Source: Malacoraja senta
Taxonomy: Eukaryota
Reading direction: 5' to 3'
Assembly (NCBI GenBank): GCA_038087875.1
Contig: CM075993.1
Location: 12,278,001 to 12,342,000, forward strand
Length of the DNA: 64,000 bases
Shown here one piece after another: positions 12,451-26,607 of this stretch. The notes under the pieces were generated by a model that saw only the letters and a program-made list of their open reading frames with translations, ran no database searches and had not been told where the DNA came from. Both the position numbers and the translations under genes were made by a program. Position 1 is the stretch's first letter. Every line of letters begins with the position of its first letter.

Positions 12451-12454
12451 TTTC

Positions 12455-13675
12455 CCCATCTCTCACAAATTTGATTGCGTTTTTTGAAGATGTGACTAAA
12501 AAGGTTGACGAGGGCAGAGCTTTGGATATTGTATGTATGGACAGCAAAGCATTCAACAAGGTTCCGCATGGCAGACTGCACTGGAAGGTTAGATTGCATG
12601 GGATCCAAGGAGAGATAGCTGAATGGATAGAAAATTGGAAGGAAGCAGAGGGTGATGGTGGAAAGTTCCTTCTTGGCCTGTGACTAGTGGTGTGCCTCAG
12701 GGTTCGGTGCTGGGTTGATTGCTGTTTGTCATCAATATCAATGATTTGGATGAGAAGATAAACAGCAAGTTTGCAGATGATACAAAAGTGGGTGGATTTG
12801 CAGATAGTGAAGATGGTTGTGAAAAATTGCAGCAGGATCTTGATCGATTGGCCAATGGGCTGAGGAACGGTTGATGGAATTTAATATAGAGAAATGTGAG
12901 GTGTTGCATTTTGGGAAGTCTAACATGGGCAGGACCTACACAGTGAATGGTAGGCCTCTGGGGATTGTTGTAGAGGGATCTAGGGGGGCAGGTGCATGGT
13001 TCCTTGACGGAGTCACAGGAAGATCGGGTGGTCAAAAAGGCTTTTGGCACATTGGCCTTCATCAGTCAGAGTATTGAGTTTACAAGTTGGGAGGTCATGT
13101 TGTAGTTGATTATGACATTGGTGAGGCCGCTTTAGAGTGTTGTGTTCAGTTCTGGGCACCGTGTTGTAGTAAAGATATTGTCAAGCTGGAACGGTTGCAG
13201 AGAAGATTTACCAAGATGTTGCCAGGACGAGAGGGTCTATAGGGAGAGGTTGAGTAGGCTGGGACTATTCCTTGGAGCACAGGAGGATGAGGGTTAATCT
13301 AATAGAGGTGTATAAAATCATGAGAGGAATAGATTGGGCAGATACACCGAGTCTCTTGCCCAGAGTCAGTGAATCGAGGACCAGAGGACATAGGTTTAAG
13401 GTGAAGGGGAGAATATTTATAGGAATTTGAGGGGTAACCTTTTCACACAGAAGGTGCTGGGTATATGGAACAAGCTGCCAGAGGAGGTAGTTGGGGCAGG
13501 GACTATGCCAATGTTTAAGAAACAGTTAGACAGGTACATGGATAGTACAGGTTTGGAGAAATATGGACCAAACATGGGCAGGTTGGATTAGTGTAGCTTG
13601 GACATGTTGGCCAGTGTGCACACATCGGGCCAAAGGGCCTGTTTCCACACTGTATCACTCTACGACTCTATGACA
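12455..13675 (+). mobile_element. Decayed CR1 LINE
   Basis: LTNLIAFFEDVT, KAFNKVPHGRL, FADD and EFNIEKCEVLHFG. CR1-type 3' UTR. Confidence 0.8.
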
Positions 13676-13991
13676 GCACACGTAGTCAGGATGAAACCCA
13701 GGTCACTGGTGTAGTAAGGTAGTGACTCCACTGCTGCGCCACCGAGCATAAATGTTTGGCAAAACGATTACCAAGTCTATGCTTGGTCTTGCCAATGTAC
13801 AGCAGCCCACATCGGGGACACCGGATGCAGCAGATGACGTTTGACGAGGTGCACGCGAACCTCCTTCTCATCTGGAAGGACTGCTGGGGTACCTGCATGG
13901 AGGCGAGTTACAGCCACGGCAGTGCAGCGCTAGAGTTGTTACCTTTCAGCGCCAAAGACCCGGGTTCGTTCCTGACTCCTATATTCAATGC

Positions 13992-14577
13992 CATAGAAAC
14001 ATAAAAAAATAGGTGCAGGAGGAGGCCATTCCGCCCTTCGAGCCAGCACCGCCATTCATTGTGATCATGGCTGATCGTCCCCTATCAATAACCTGTCCCT
14101 GCCTTCTCCCCATATCCCTTGACCACTAGCCCCTAGAGCTCTATCTAACTCTCTCTTAAATCCATCCATTGACTTGGCTTCCACTGCCCTCTGTGGCAGG
14201 GAATTCCATAAATTTACAACTCTCTGGGTGAAAAAGTTTTTTCTCACCTCAGTCTTAAATGACCTCCCCTTTATTCTAAGACTGTGACCCCTGGTTCTGG
14301 ACTCACACAACATTGGGAACATTTTTCCTGCATCTAGCTTGTCCAGTCCTTTTATAATTTTATATGTTTCTATAAGATCCCCCCTCATCCTTCTAAACTC
14401 CAGTGAATACAAGCCTAGTCTTTTCAATCTTTCCTCACATGACAGTCCCGCCATCCCAGGGATCAATCTCGTGAACCTACGCTGCACTTCCTCAATCACA
14501 AGGATGTCCTTCCTCAAATTAGGAGACCAAAACTGTACACAATACTCCAGATGTGGTCTCACCAGAGCCCTATACAA
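13992..14577 (-). mobile_element. 5'-truncated CR1 LINE
   Basis: ORF 14065-14601 has LVRPHLEYCVQFWSP and NLWNSLP. Tail at ~13992. Confidence 0.9.
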
Positions 14578-14619
14578 TGAAGGCAGAATGACACCTAGCA
14601 ATGAAGACAGAATGCCCCT

Positions 14620-15590
14620 AGCAATGAAGGCAGAATGACACCTTCCTTACCGCCTTGTGTACTTGTACTGCCACCTTCAGTGAGCTATCAACTTGGACTC
14701 CAAGATCCAGCTGCACGTCAGTGCTGTTAAGGGCTTGTCATTATCTGTATATTTTCTCCTTACATTCAACCTCACAAAGTGCATCACCTCACAATTGGTA
14801 AGGTTAAACTCCATCTGCCATATCTCTGCCCATTTTTGCAGATGGTCTATACACTGCGGAAGTATCTACTGACAGCCTTCCGCAGTGTCTCCAACTCCTC
14901 CAGTTTTGGTATCACCATCAAACCTACTTACCAATCCACCAACAGTTATGTATATATGTATATATATATATATATATCACAAACAGCAGAGGTCCGAGCG
15001 GAACTCCACAGATTTCCAGACTGAATATCCTTCTTCACCGCAACCCACTGACTTCTCTGAATAAGCCTGTTCTGAATACATATGAGCAAGTCATCAGGAA
15101 CCCTGCACATCTTAATCTTCAGGATCTGCCGACCATGAGGGACTTTATCACAAACCTTACTAAAATCCATATATACAGCATCCACTGCCCTACCATCATC
15201 AATCTTACTTCATCACCTCCTCAAAAAACTCAATGAAGTTAGTGGTACCCTTGCCATCCATAATTGGTCCATTCTCTTCCAAATTAGAGTAAATCCTATC
15301 TCAAAGAATTCTCTCCAATAGTTTCCCTACCACTGACATGAGGCTCACTGGTCCATAGTTCCCGAGATTGTCCCTACTTTTCTTAAATAAAAGAACATTG
15401 GCCACTCTCCAGTACTCCAAGACCTTTGACTGTGCTAGAAAAGAAAAGATCTTAGTCAATGTCCCTGCAATCGCCTCTCTTATTCCTCTTAATAATCCGA
15501 GAAGGATCCCATCAAGTATTGGGGCCTTGGTCACCAATGCATTTCAAGAGCTTCAGCACTACCTCCTTCTCCATCTCAAACTACCTTAGC
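14620..15590 (-). mobile_element. Old decayed CR1 LINE
   Basis: GNYGPVSLMSVVGKLLERIL and DAVYMDFSKVCDKVPHGR remnants. Confidence 0.7.
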
Positions 15591-15994
15591 ATATTTTCAT
15601 CATAGATGAGGCCCTCACTAGGGTCTCCTCGATATCCCTCAGCTCCGCTCTTGCCCACCCTCCCCCCAGTTGCAACAGGGACAGAGTCCCCCTAGTCCTC
15701 ACCTTTCACCCCAACAGCCGCTGCATACAGCACATAATCCGCCGTCATTTTCGCCACCTCCAACGGTATCCCACTATTAGCCACATGTTCCCATTCTGCA
15801 GAGACCATTCCCTTCGCAACTCCCTGGTTACCTCGGCCCATCCCACCCCCTCCCCATGTACTTTCCCCTGCAACACCTGTTCCAATATCTCCTCCCTTGA
15901 CTCCAACTAAAGACCCCGACAGTCTTTTCAGGTGAGGCAGAGGTTTACTCGCACGTCCTCCAACGTATCCGCTGTTCCAGGTGTGGACTCATAC

Positions 15995-18012
15995 AGTACT
16001 CTAAGGGGAGTAGGAGGCAACTGTGGCTGACAAGAAAAGTTAGGGATAGAATAAAACTAAAAGCAAAGAGTAGCTGGCAGCAAGTGGATTGGGAAACTTT
16101 CATAGGGCAACAGAAGGAAACGAAACGGACAATACGGGCTGAAAAGATGAAGTACGAGGGGAAGCTGGCCAGGAATATAAAGAAGGACAGTAAAAGCTTC
16201 TTTAGATATGTTAAGGGAACAAGAATAGCAAAGTCAAATGTGGGTACCTTGAAGGCAGACATGGGTGAAATTATTATGGGGAACAAGGAAATGGCAGAAG
16301 AGTTGAACAGGTACTTCGGATCTGTCTTCACTTAGGAAGACACAAACAATCTCCCAGAAGTACTGGAGTACAGAGGATCTCAGGAACTGAAAGAAATTTT
16401 CATAAGGCAAGAAATAGTATTGGGTAGGCTAATGGGACTGAAGGATGATAAATCCCCTGGGCCTGATGGTCTGCATCCCAGGGTCCTCAGGGAGGTGGCT
16501 CTAGAAATAGTGGACGCATTGGTGATCATTTTCCAATGTTCAATAGATTCAGGATCAGTTCCTGTGGACTGGAGGATAGCTAATGTTATCCCAGTTTTCA
16601 AAAAAGGAGCGAGAGAGAAAACGGGGAATTACAGACCAGTTAGCCTGACTTTGGTGGTGGGAAAGATGCTGGAGTCAATTATTAAAGAGGTAATAATGGG
16701 GCATTTGAATAGCAGTAAAAGGATTAGTCCAAGTCAACATGGATTTATGAAAGGGAAATCATGCTTGACTAATCTTCTGGAATTTTGTGAGGATGTGACA
16801 AGTGAAGTGGATGAAGGGCAGCCAATGGATGTAGTGTATCTAGACTTTCAGAAAGCCTTTGATAAGGTTCCGCACGCGAGACTGGTGACTAAATTTAGCG
16901 CACATGGTATTGGGGTAGGGTGTTGACGTGGATAGAAAATTGGTTGGCAGACAGGAAGCAAAGAGTAGGGATGAATGGGTCCTTTTCAGAATGGCAGGCA
17001 GTGGTGAGTGGAGTGCCGCAAGGCTCGGTGTTGGGGCCGCAACTGTTAACCATATATATTAATGATTTGGAAGAGGGAATTAGGAGCAACACTAGCAAGT
17101 TTGCGGATGACACAAAGCTGGGTGCCAGTGTGAACTGTGAAGACGATGTTAGGAGGTTGCAGAGTGACCTGGACAGATTGAGTGAGTGGGCAGATGCGTG
17201 GCAGATGCAGTATAAAATAGTTAAATGTGAGGTTATCCACTTTGGTGGCAAAAACAAGGGGGCATATTATTATCTCAATGGGGTTAGGTTAGGTAAGGGG
17301 GGGGGGGTACAGCGAGACCTGGGTGTCCTTGTACACCAGTTACTGAAAGTTGGCGTGCAGGTACAGCAGGCAGTGAAGAAAGCTAATGGAATGTTGGCCT
17401 TCATAACAAGAGGATTTCAGTATAGGAGTAAAGAGGTTCTTCTGCAGTTGTATAGGGCTCTGGTAAGAACACATCTGGAGTATTGTGTACAGTTTTGGTC
17501 TCCTAATTTGAGGAAGGACATCCTTGTGATTGAGGCAGTGCAGCGTAGGTTCACGAGATTGATCACTGGGATGGCGGGACTGTCATATGAGGAAAGATTG
17601 AAAAGACGGCTTATATTCACGTTTAGGGGGGGATCTTATGGAAACATATAAAATTATAAAAGGACTGGACAAGCTAGATGCAGGAAAAATGTTCCCAATG
17701 TTGGGCGAGTCCAGAACCAGGGGCCACAGTCTTAGAATAAAGGGGAGGCCATTTAAGACCGAGGTGAGAAAACACTTTTTCACCCAGAGAGTTGTGAATT
17801 TATGGAATTCCCTGCCACAGAGGGCAGTGGAGGCCAAGTCACTGGATGGATTTAAGAGAGAGTTAGATAGAGCTCCAGGGGCTAGTGGAATCAAGGGATA
17901 TGGGGAGAAGGCAGGCACAGGTTATTGATTGGGGACCATCAGCCATGATCACAATGAATGCTGGCTCAAAGGGCAGAATGGCCTCCCTCCTGCACCTATT
18001 TCTATGTTTCTA
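15995..18012 (+). mobile_element. CR1 LINE (RT and 3' end)
   Basis: KSPGPDGLHPRVL, NYRPVSLT, YLDFQKAFDKV, GVPQGSVLGP, FADD, and tail TTTCTATGTTTCTA. Confidence 0.92.
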
Positions 18013-18600
18013 GTATATATCGGCGAGACCAAGCGCAGGCTCGGCGATCGTTTCACTGAATGCCTCCACTCAGTCTGCATAAACCTACCTGATCTCTGGT
18101 TGCTAAACACTTTAACTCCCCTTCCATTCCCACATTGATCTTAATGACCTGGGCCTGCTCCATTGTCAGAGTGAGGCCCAGCTCAAATTGGAGGAACACC
18201 ACCTCATTTTCGCTTGGTTCTGTATGAACATTGGACTTCTCTAACTTCAAGTAGCCCTTGCTTTCCCTCTCTCCATCCCCTCCCCAGTTCTTCCACCACG
18301 CTTACTGTCTCAGACTACATTCTATCTTTGTCCTGCCCACTCGCTGACATCAGTCTAAAGAAGTTCTCAAACTGAATGTCACCCATTCTTCTCCTCCAGA
18401 TGCTCCCTGTCCCCTGAGTTACTCCAGCATTTTGTGTCTGCAGTTCCTTCCTACACATTAGCATATTTTATTCTCACACAGATATCTCTGTCCTCTAAGT
18501 TCTTCTCGTCATTGAATAGATGCAAGCTAGTTCTTTAGTATCTCACATACATCTTCTGACACCAAGCATAGATTCCCTCCTTCAATCGTTCAGCATCTTC

Positions 18601-18800
18601 NNNNNNNNNNNNNNNNNNNNNNNNNNNNNNNNNNNNNNNNNNNNNNNNNNNNNNNNNNNNNNNNNNNNNNNNNNNNNNNNNNNNNNNNNNNNNNNNNNNN
18701 NNNNNNNNNNNNNNNNNNNNNNNNNNNNNNNNNNNNNNNNNNNNNNNNNNNNNNNNNNNNNNNNNNNNNNNNNNNNNNNNNNNNNNNNNNNNNNNNNNNN
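18601..18800. other. Assembly gap (200 N)
   Basis: Run of N. The true size is unknown. Confidence 1.
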
Positions 18801-21155
18801 GAAGATGAGGACTAAAGGGACTGTTCCTTGTTACGAGTGGGGGATGGGGAGTGAGAGCAGATTTACGGGGTATAGAAGAGACCCTGGTGAGAGCCTCACT
18901 ATAGTAGAAGATGGGAACCCTTATTTCCTGAAGAATGCGGACATCTCCGATGCGCTGGGTTTGGAACACCTCATGCTGGGTGCAGATGCGGCGTAGACGG
19001 AAGAATGGAAGTAGGGGATGGAGTCCTTACAGGAAGCAGGGTGGGAAGAAGCGTAGTCCAGATAGCCATAGGTGTGAGTGGGGTTTATAGTAGATGTCTG
19101 TCAGTGATCTATCACCTGCGATGGAGATAATGAGGTCTAGAAATGGAAGGAAAATGTCGGATATGGTCCAGGTGTATTTGAGTGCCGGATGAAAGTTAGT
19201 GGTGAAATGGATGAAGTCAGTGAGTTCTGTATGGGTGCAGGAGGTAGCACTAATGCAGTTGTCGATGTAGCAGAGGTACAATTGGGGGATAGGGCCCATG
19301 GTACGCCTCGAACAAAGATTGTTCGACGTACCCTACAAGAGTCAGGCATAGCTTGGGCCCATGCGCGTGCCCATAGTACACCTTGTGTTTGGAGGAAATT
19401 GGAGGATTCAAACGAAAAGTTGGTAAGGGTAAGGACCAGCTCCGCTAGGCAGAGGAGAGTATCAGTAGACGGCGATTGGTTGGTTCTGCGGTCGAGGAAG
19501 AAACAGGGCTTTTAGTCCCTCCTTGTGGGAGATGGAGGTGTAGAGTGACTGGACATCCATGGTGAAGATGAGGGAATGGGTCCGGAAAACGGAAGTCCAT
19601 GGAGTAGACGAAGAGTGTGTGAGGTGTCTTGAACAGAAGTAGGGAAGGATTTAACCAGGGGGGATAGGATGGAGTCGAGGTATGTGGAAATAAGTTTGGT
19701 GGGACACAAACAGCTAGAAACAATGGGTCTGCCAGGACTGTCAGGTTTGTGGATTTGGAAGAAGGTAAAAACGGGCTGTGCCGGGCTGGGGAACGATGAG
19801 ATTGGAGGCTTGCAGGGAGCTGGAAGTGATGGTCAGTGACAGGTGTTAGAGATCATGGCCAGGTGCTCGTCTGTGGGATCATGGTCCAAGGATAAGTAGG
19901 AAGAGATGTCTGAGAGTTGGTACGTGGCCTCAGACGTGTAGAGATTAGCGCGCCAGACTACCACGGCACCTCCCTTGTCGGCAGGTTTGTTCACCCAGTC
20001 TGGGTTTTTGCAGAGTATGTGGAGGGCTGAACGTTCGGGGGGGGAAAGGATAGAGTGAGACAGGGGAGTGGAGAAGTTGAGGCCGTTGATGTCCCGCTGG
20101 CAGTTTACAATAAAAAGGTCTAAAGCAGGTAGATGTCAATGAGGGGAAGTCCAAGAGGAGTGGTCCGTTGGAGACGGGAGAAAGGGTCATCACTGGGGGT
20201 GAGGACTCCTTCCCATGGAAAAACGCTTTGATGCGTAGGCGACGGAAGAAGAGCTCCGCATCATGGCGAACGCGGAACTCATTGAGGTGGGGACGGAGGG
20301 GAACAAAGGTGAGGCCTCTGCTGTGGACAGACCGTTCGGTATCCGAGAGGGGAGGTCAGGGGGGATGGTGAACACACGGCAAGGAAGGGGTGGGGCCGGA
20401 GGAAGGCAGGTGAGTGGACGGATGCCGAGGTGATGTCTGGTAGGGGGCTGGTGGGTGGTCAGGGAGGAGGGTGGATATGAGGAATATAGTGTGGGTGAGG
20501 ACGAGCTGAGGTCACATGGTTTGAGGTGGAAGGGGAAGACCCAGTGGAGCACTAGGACCCAGCACAGTTAAGGGCCTGTCCCACTTTCACGACCTAATTT
20601 CACCGACTTTTTTACTCGTAGACATTTTTCATCATGCTAGAAAAAAAGCCCGACTACTTCATGCCACGGGTACCTACGACTAGCATCCCGACCTGCTATG
20701 ACCCATTTACGACCTACGACCTCGTGACGACCTTGCTGCGAGTATGTCAAGGGCAAACTCGGCAGAGGTCGTGAACTAGGTCGTGAAAGTTTGACTGGCC
20801 CTTGAAACCCTGTGGTGTTAGAGTGCTGCGTGGAGACTTCAGACCCGGTGCTGAGCCTGGTACTCAGATAAGGCGACGGCTGCGACCTGCTGGAGGGCGG
20901 TGGGGTGGCGAGGGTCGGTGGAGTGAATGGTGGAGGCCCACGAGGATGAAGGTTCCGGTCAGCGATGGCCGGTGAGGTGGCGAGGTTCAGCGGTCTCGGT
21001 GAGATGGAGAGGTTTGGCGGTCCCTGTGAGGCAAAGAGGTTTGGCGGTCCCGTTTTGGTGCCGATAGTCGGTGGGAATCGAGGAGGTAGCGAGGGTTGGC
21101 GGCCATAGAAAGAGTTACCGGCGAGACAGCGAGGATCGGCATCATCGGTGGGTGG
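18801..21155 (-). mobile_element. Penelope-like element, partial
   Basis: Reverse complement aligns by eye with ~25617-28410. MGPSYA, YID and FLPFLDL motifs. Truncated at the gap. Confidence 0.88.
20571..20802. mobile_element. PIF/Harbinger-type MITE in PLE
   Basis: TIR AGGGCCTGTCCCACTTTCACGACCTA. Flanks TTA/TGA. The empty site at ~25995-26020 in the other PLE copy shows a 3-bp duplication. Confidence 0.82.
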
Positions 21156-21159
21156 GTGT

Positions 21160-22130
21160 AGGTCTGCGGCAGCAGCCACGTGGAGGTCGGAGATGTGGTG
21201 TTCTTTTTTGTCCAACACTTTGATATGGCTGGTCCAGGACAAGTTGCTGATGATATTTATTCTTAAGAACTTGAAGTTTTTAACCATCTCTACTTCGGCA
21301 CTTCCTGAAGTCAATCACAATCTCCTTTGTCCTGCTAAACATTGAGGGAGAGGTTGTGGTCTTGGCACCAGGTAACGAGGTTCTCAAGAACTTTCCTGTA
21401 CTCTGCCTTGTCATTATTTGATATCTAACCCACTATGGTGGTGTTGTTTGCAATTATGTAAATTGAGTTGAATTAGTATTTGGCTGCACAGTCATGAGTG
21501 TAGGAGTATAGGAGGGAGCTGAGAACACTTCCTGGTGGAGCACCAGTTTTGAGGATTATCGTAAGGAATGATTTGTCACCTATCCTCACTGATTGTGGTC
21601 TGTTGGTCAGGAAGTTGAGGATCGAGTTGCAGAGATGAGTTCCACGAGTTGGGGAGATGCGTTGGATGGGATAATGGTATTGAAAACAGAGGTGTAGTCG
21701 GAAATAAGGGGCCTTCTTATCCAGGGATGAGTGTTGTACCAGGGAGATGGCATCAGCCATGGACCTGTTGTGGCGGTAGGCAAACTGCAGTGAATCAAAA
21801 TTGCTTAATAGGCTGGATTCAATGTGTTCCCTAACCAGCCTCTCAAAGCACTTCATGATGGTGGATGTCAATGCCATTGGATGGTAGACATTAAGGCATG
21901 AGACCTTGCTTTTCTTCGACACCTGGAGATAATGGTCTTCTTGAAGCAGAGTATAGAGTAAGGAGAGTATAGAGTAAGGAGAGATTAAAGATGTCGTTGA
22001 ACACTCATGGCATCCTGATGCCATGAGTCCGTGCATTTCCTAAGGATGTGGCCAGGGACACCGTCCAGGCCAGTTGTCTTCCATGGATACACCCTCAGGA
22101 AGGCTGATTTAACTTCTGTAACAGTGACCC
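21160..22130 (-). mobile_element. Decayed Rex1/Babar-type LINE
   Basis: [27 protein letters not shown] and LKTGAPPGSVLS. Confidence 0.78.
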
Positions 22131-22446
22131 TAAGAAAAGGCACACTCGAGTGACGTCATCGGATGTCATTCTTTGGCCTTCTGCTCAAAACGATATAGAA
22201 TGCATTGTTCATCAGGGAGAGCTGAACTATCACCAGCGATGCTGCCTGACGCGATGCTTAGCAACCACTTATAGAATTCAGGTCTTGTCACAGTCTGTGT
22301 ACAAATGATTATACTGGAGCCCAGGTTTGTCCCCGTATTGTCTCTTGATATTCCTTGATTGCTTTGCGAAGATTGTAGCGAGATTTCTTGAGATTTCTTG
22401 TCCTGCTGGTGTCTGGAATCTGTTGAATTCAAGGAACATCCATCCA

Positions 22447-23263
22447 TCTGGATAAATGTGAGGTTATCCACTTTAGTGGCAAAAACAGGAAAGTAGACTA
22501 TTATCTGAATGGTGGCCGATTAGGAAAAGGGGAGATGCAACGAGACCTGGGTGTCATGGTACACCAGTCATTGAAAGTAGGCATGCAGGTGCAGCAGGCA
22601 GTGAAGATAGCGAATGGTTAGTTAGCATTCATAGTAAAGGGATTTGAGTATAGGAGCAGGGAGGTTCTACTGCAGTTTGTACAGGGTCTTGGTGAGACCA
22701 CACCTGGAGTAATTGCGTACAGTTTTGGTCTCCTAATCTGAAGGAAAGACTTTCTTGCCATAGAGGGAGTACAGAGAAGGTTCACCAGACTTATTCCTGG
22801 ATGTCAGGACTTTCATATGAAGAAAGACTGGATAGACTTGGCTTGTACTCGCTAGAATTTAGAAGATTGAGGGGGGATCTTATAGAAACTTACAAAATTC
22901 TTAAGGGTTTGGACAGGTTAGGATGCAGGAAGATTGTTCCCGATGTTGGGGAAGTCCAGAACAAGGGGTCACAGTTTAAGGATAAGGGGGAAGTCTTTTA
23001 GGACCGAGATGAGAAAAACATTTTTCACACAGCAAATGGTGAATCTCTGGAATTCTCTGCCAGGTGGTTGAGGCCAATTCATTGGCTATATTTAAGAGGG
23101 AGTTAGATGTGGCCCTTGTGGCTAAGGGGATCAGGGGGTATGGAGAGAAGGCAGGTACGGGATACTGAGTTGGATGATCAGCCATGATCATATTGAATGG
23201 CGGTGCAGGCTCGAAGGGCCGAATGGCCTACTCGTGCACCTATTTTCTATGTTTCTATGTTTC
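22447..23263 (+). mobile_element. 5'-truncated CR1 LINE, ending ~350 bp upstream of the 67-bp LACTB exon
   Basis: Near-identical to 5895-6683. (TTTCTATG)n tail. Confidence 0.9.
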
Positions 23264-23613
23264 ATATTCATTGATTAAGTACCCAGTAAGAGATGGATAG
23301 ACTCTGGATTTCTACCCTGTTTCTCACAGCACGGGTATGTTAAAAATTAGATGGCCGAGTTTAAAGATAGGAGGGAAGTTTAAAGGAGAAACTTTTCACC
23401 AAAGGTATCTGGACAGGTAACTGAATGAGCAAGGCTTGGAGGGATCAAGGTAAGCAAGGGATTAGTATGGATAGGCATGATTGTCAGCATGGACATAGTG
23501 GGCCGAAGGACCTGTTTCTATGCTATACAACTCTATTACTCTGAGTAGTAGATGTCTGGTGTTTATTGTTTAACTCATAAAACTTGCCTTTCAATTTATT
23601 TTTTCTTCTATAG

Positions 23614-23680
23614 GATGAAGTGGGAGCTCCGGGGATAGTGGTTGGTGTTGCTGTGGATGGAAAAGAAGTTTGGTCTGAAG
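23614..23680 (+). CDS. LACTB: LACTB internal exon (equivalent to human exon 2), 67 bp
   Basis: Polypyrimidine tract + tag acceptor. Translates DEVGAPGIVVGVAVDGKEVWSE(G), nearly identical to vertebrate LACTB as recalled. Donor G|gtttgt, phase 1, joins the next exon in frame. Confidence 0.95.
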
Positions 23681-23973
23681 GTTTGTATTGTGTTCCGATT
23701 CATGATGGCATTCATAAATTGTACAGCAGGGGAACCCACGATGTCTGGCGAACATGATGCCAAATGAAACTGATCTCTTTTGCCTGCATTTCCTGCATAT
23801 TCGTGCTTATCTTAACGCCAATGTTATGTCTGTTTCATCACCCCTGGCGGCATATTCCAGGCACTCTCGTGCCCTGCACATCACCTTTGAACTTTCCACC
23901 TCTCACCTTTAGCTATGGTCTTTAGCATTTGACATTTACGCCCTGGGAGACAGCTTCTGACTGTCTACCCGAT

Positions 23974-24710
23974 CATAGAAACATAGAAAATAGGTGCAGG
24001 AGGAGGCCATTCGGCCCTTCGAGCCAGCACCGCCATTCATTGTGATCATGGCTGATCGTCCCAAATCAATAACACATGCCTGCCTTCTCCCCATATCCCC
24101 TGATTCCACGAGCCCCTAGAGCTCTATCTAACTCTCTCTTAAATCCATCCTGTGATTTGGCCTCCATTGCCTCTTTGGGTGATAAAGTTTTTTCTCACCT
24201 CAGTCTTAAATGGCCTCCCCTTTATTCTAAGACTGTGGCCCCTGGTTCTGGACTCGCCCAACATTGGGAACATTTTTCCTGCATCTAGCTTGTCCAGTCC
24301 TTTTATAATTTTATGTTTCTATCAGATCCCCCCTCATACTTCTAAACTCCAGTGAATACAAGCCTAGTCTTTTCAATCTTTCCTCATATGACAGTCCCGC
24401 CATCCCAGGGATCAATCTCGTGAACCTACGCTGCACTGCCTCAATCATAAGGATTGTCCTTCCTCAAATTTGGAGACCAAAACTGTACACAATACTCCAG
24501 ATGTGGTCTTACCAAAGCCCTATACAACTGCAGAAGAACCTCTTTACTCCTATACTGAAATCCTCTTGCTATGAAGGCCAACATTCCATTAGCTTTCTTC
24601 ACTGCCTGCTGTACCTGCACACCAACTTTCAGTGACTAGTGTACAAGGACACCCAGGTCTCGCTGCACCTCCCCCTTACCTAACCTAACCCCATTGAGAT
24701 AATAATCTGT
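23974..24710 (-). mobile_element. 5'-truncated CR1 LINE, starting ~290 bp downstream of the 67-bp LACTB exon
   Basis: CATAGAAACATAGAAAATAGG tail. YYLNGVRLGKGEVQRDLGVLVH. Confidence 0.9.
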
Positions 24711-26607
24711 ACTCATAATTTTATCTATACTCATAATTTTATAAACGTCAATCATCATCCTCCAATGCTCCAGGGAAAATGTGTCCAGCCTCTTCATAGC
24801 ACCTCCTCCCTTTAAGACATGGCAGGTCAGGCAGCATCTCTGGAGGACATGGATAAGTGACGTTTGGGTCTGGACCTTCAGACTGATTGTAGTAGGGGTC
24901 AGAGAGGTAGAAGAGTGGTGGGAGTGGGACAAAGTCAGGCAAGTCATAGGTGGATACATAAAAGGGAGATTTGATTTGCAGCGGGTGGACAAAGGCCAGA
25001 GATGAAAAGAAGCCAAATGGCTGTGAAATCAGTGTGAATCGTTTACATCCAAGTTGTTTACTGTCAAAAACAGCAGAAACCTCAGCATAGATACCTGTGG
25101 AACACCACTGGTTACAGACCACAACCAGATTGAATGACATCCTTATTATATCAGCGTACTATAAGAAACACTATCAAACGCCTTACTAAAGTCTATATAG
25201 ACAACATCCACTGCCATACCCTTATCAATCATGTGCGGCACCTTCAGTAAAACTGAACAAAACCACACTAAGTCCCTAATCATCCCATTCTCTTCCAAAT
25301 GGGGGCAAATTCTATCCCAAAAAATCCTTTCCAATAGCTTCCCTACCACTGATATGAGGCTCACTGGCCAACAATTTCCTGATTTGTCCCCATTTCCCAT
25401 CATAAACAAAAGAAACACAACACATAAAGTCTCGGGACTTTCATCTTGTACCTCATGGTTTCCAGCTCCGGTTCCCTACCTCCCAGTTCGGACCCAACCT
25501 GGACTATAGATCCCGACTGGCTATCTGCCGCCATACACGGCAGTTCTCCTTCCGTGCTCTGCGATCGCTTTGACTCTCCTGAAACTTGGGGCCTCATTCA
25601 CCCAGACCTCCAACGGACCTCCACATGGCTGCTGCCGCAGACCTACACCCACCCACCGATGACGCCGATCCTCGCTGTCTCGCCGGTAACTCTTTCTATG
25701 GCCGCCTCACTGATGACGCCAACCCTCGCTACCTCCTCGATTCCCACCGACTATCGGCACCAAAACGGGACCGCCAAACCTCTTTGCCTCACCGGGACCG
25801 CCAAACCTCTCCATCTCACCGGGACCGCCGAACCTCGCCACCTCACCGGCCATCCGCTGACCGGAACCTCCATCCCCGTGGGCCTCCACCATTGACTCCA
25901 CCGACCCTCGCCACTCCACCGCCCTCCAGCAGGCTGCAGCCATCGCCTTACTTGAGTCCAAGGCTCAGTACCGGGCCTGAAGTCTCCACGCTGCAGACTC
26001 TAACACCACGGGGTCTAACTGTGCTGGGTCCTAGTGCTCCCCCCCCCTAACACAGGGAATCTCAGCGGTTGTTCCACTGGGTCTTCCCCTTCCCCCTCAA
26101 ACCATGATACCCCAGCTCCTCCACACCCACACTATAGTCCTCATACCCCCCTCCTCCCTGACCACCCACCACCTCCCCCACCAGACATCGCCTTGGCCTC
26201 CATCCACTCACCTGCCTTCCTCCGGCCCCAACCCCCATCCTTGCCGTGTGTTCACCATCCCCCCTGACCTCCCCCTCTCGGATACCGAACGGTCTCTCAG
26301 CAGAGGCCTCACCTTTGTTCCCCTCCGTCCCCACCTCAATGAGTTCTGCGTTCGCCACGATGCAGAGCTCTTCTTCCGTCGCCTCCGCATCAAAGCGTTT
26401 TTCCATGGGAATGAGTCCTCACCCCCCCAGTGATGACCCCTTCTCCTGTCTCCAACGGACCCCCTCCTCTTGGACTCCCGCTCATGGCCATCTACCTGTT
26501 TTAGACCTTTTTTTTTAAAACTGCCGGTGGGACATCAACTGCCTCAACCTCTCCACTCCCCTGTCTCAATCTAACCTCTCCCCCCTGAACGTTCAGCCCT
26601 CCACTAA

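Noticed and set aside
18520..18996. ORFs spanning 18.5-19.0 kb
   Set aside because: They read through the N gap and are artefacts.
1..23613. LACTB first exon or promoter
   Set aside because: All GC-rich patches are explained by TIR-bounded elements or PLEs. No mitochondrial-targeting exon was recognised. It probably lies upstream or in the gap.
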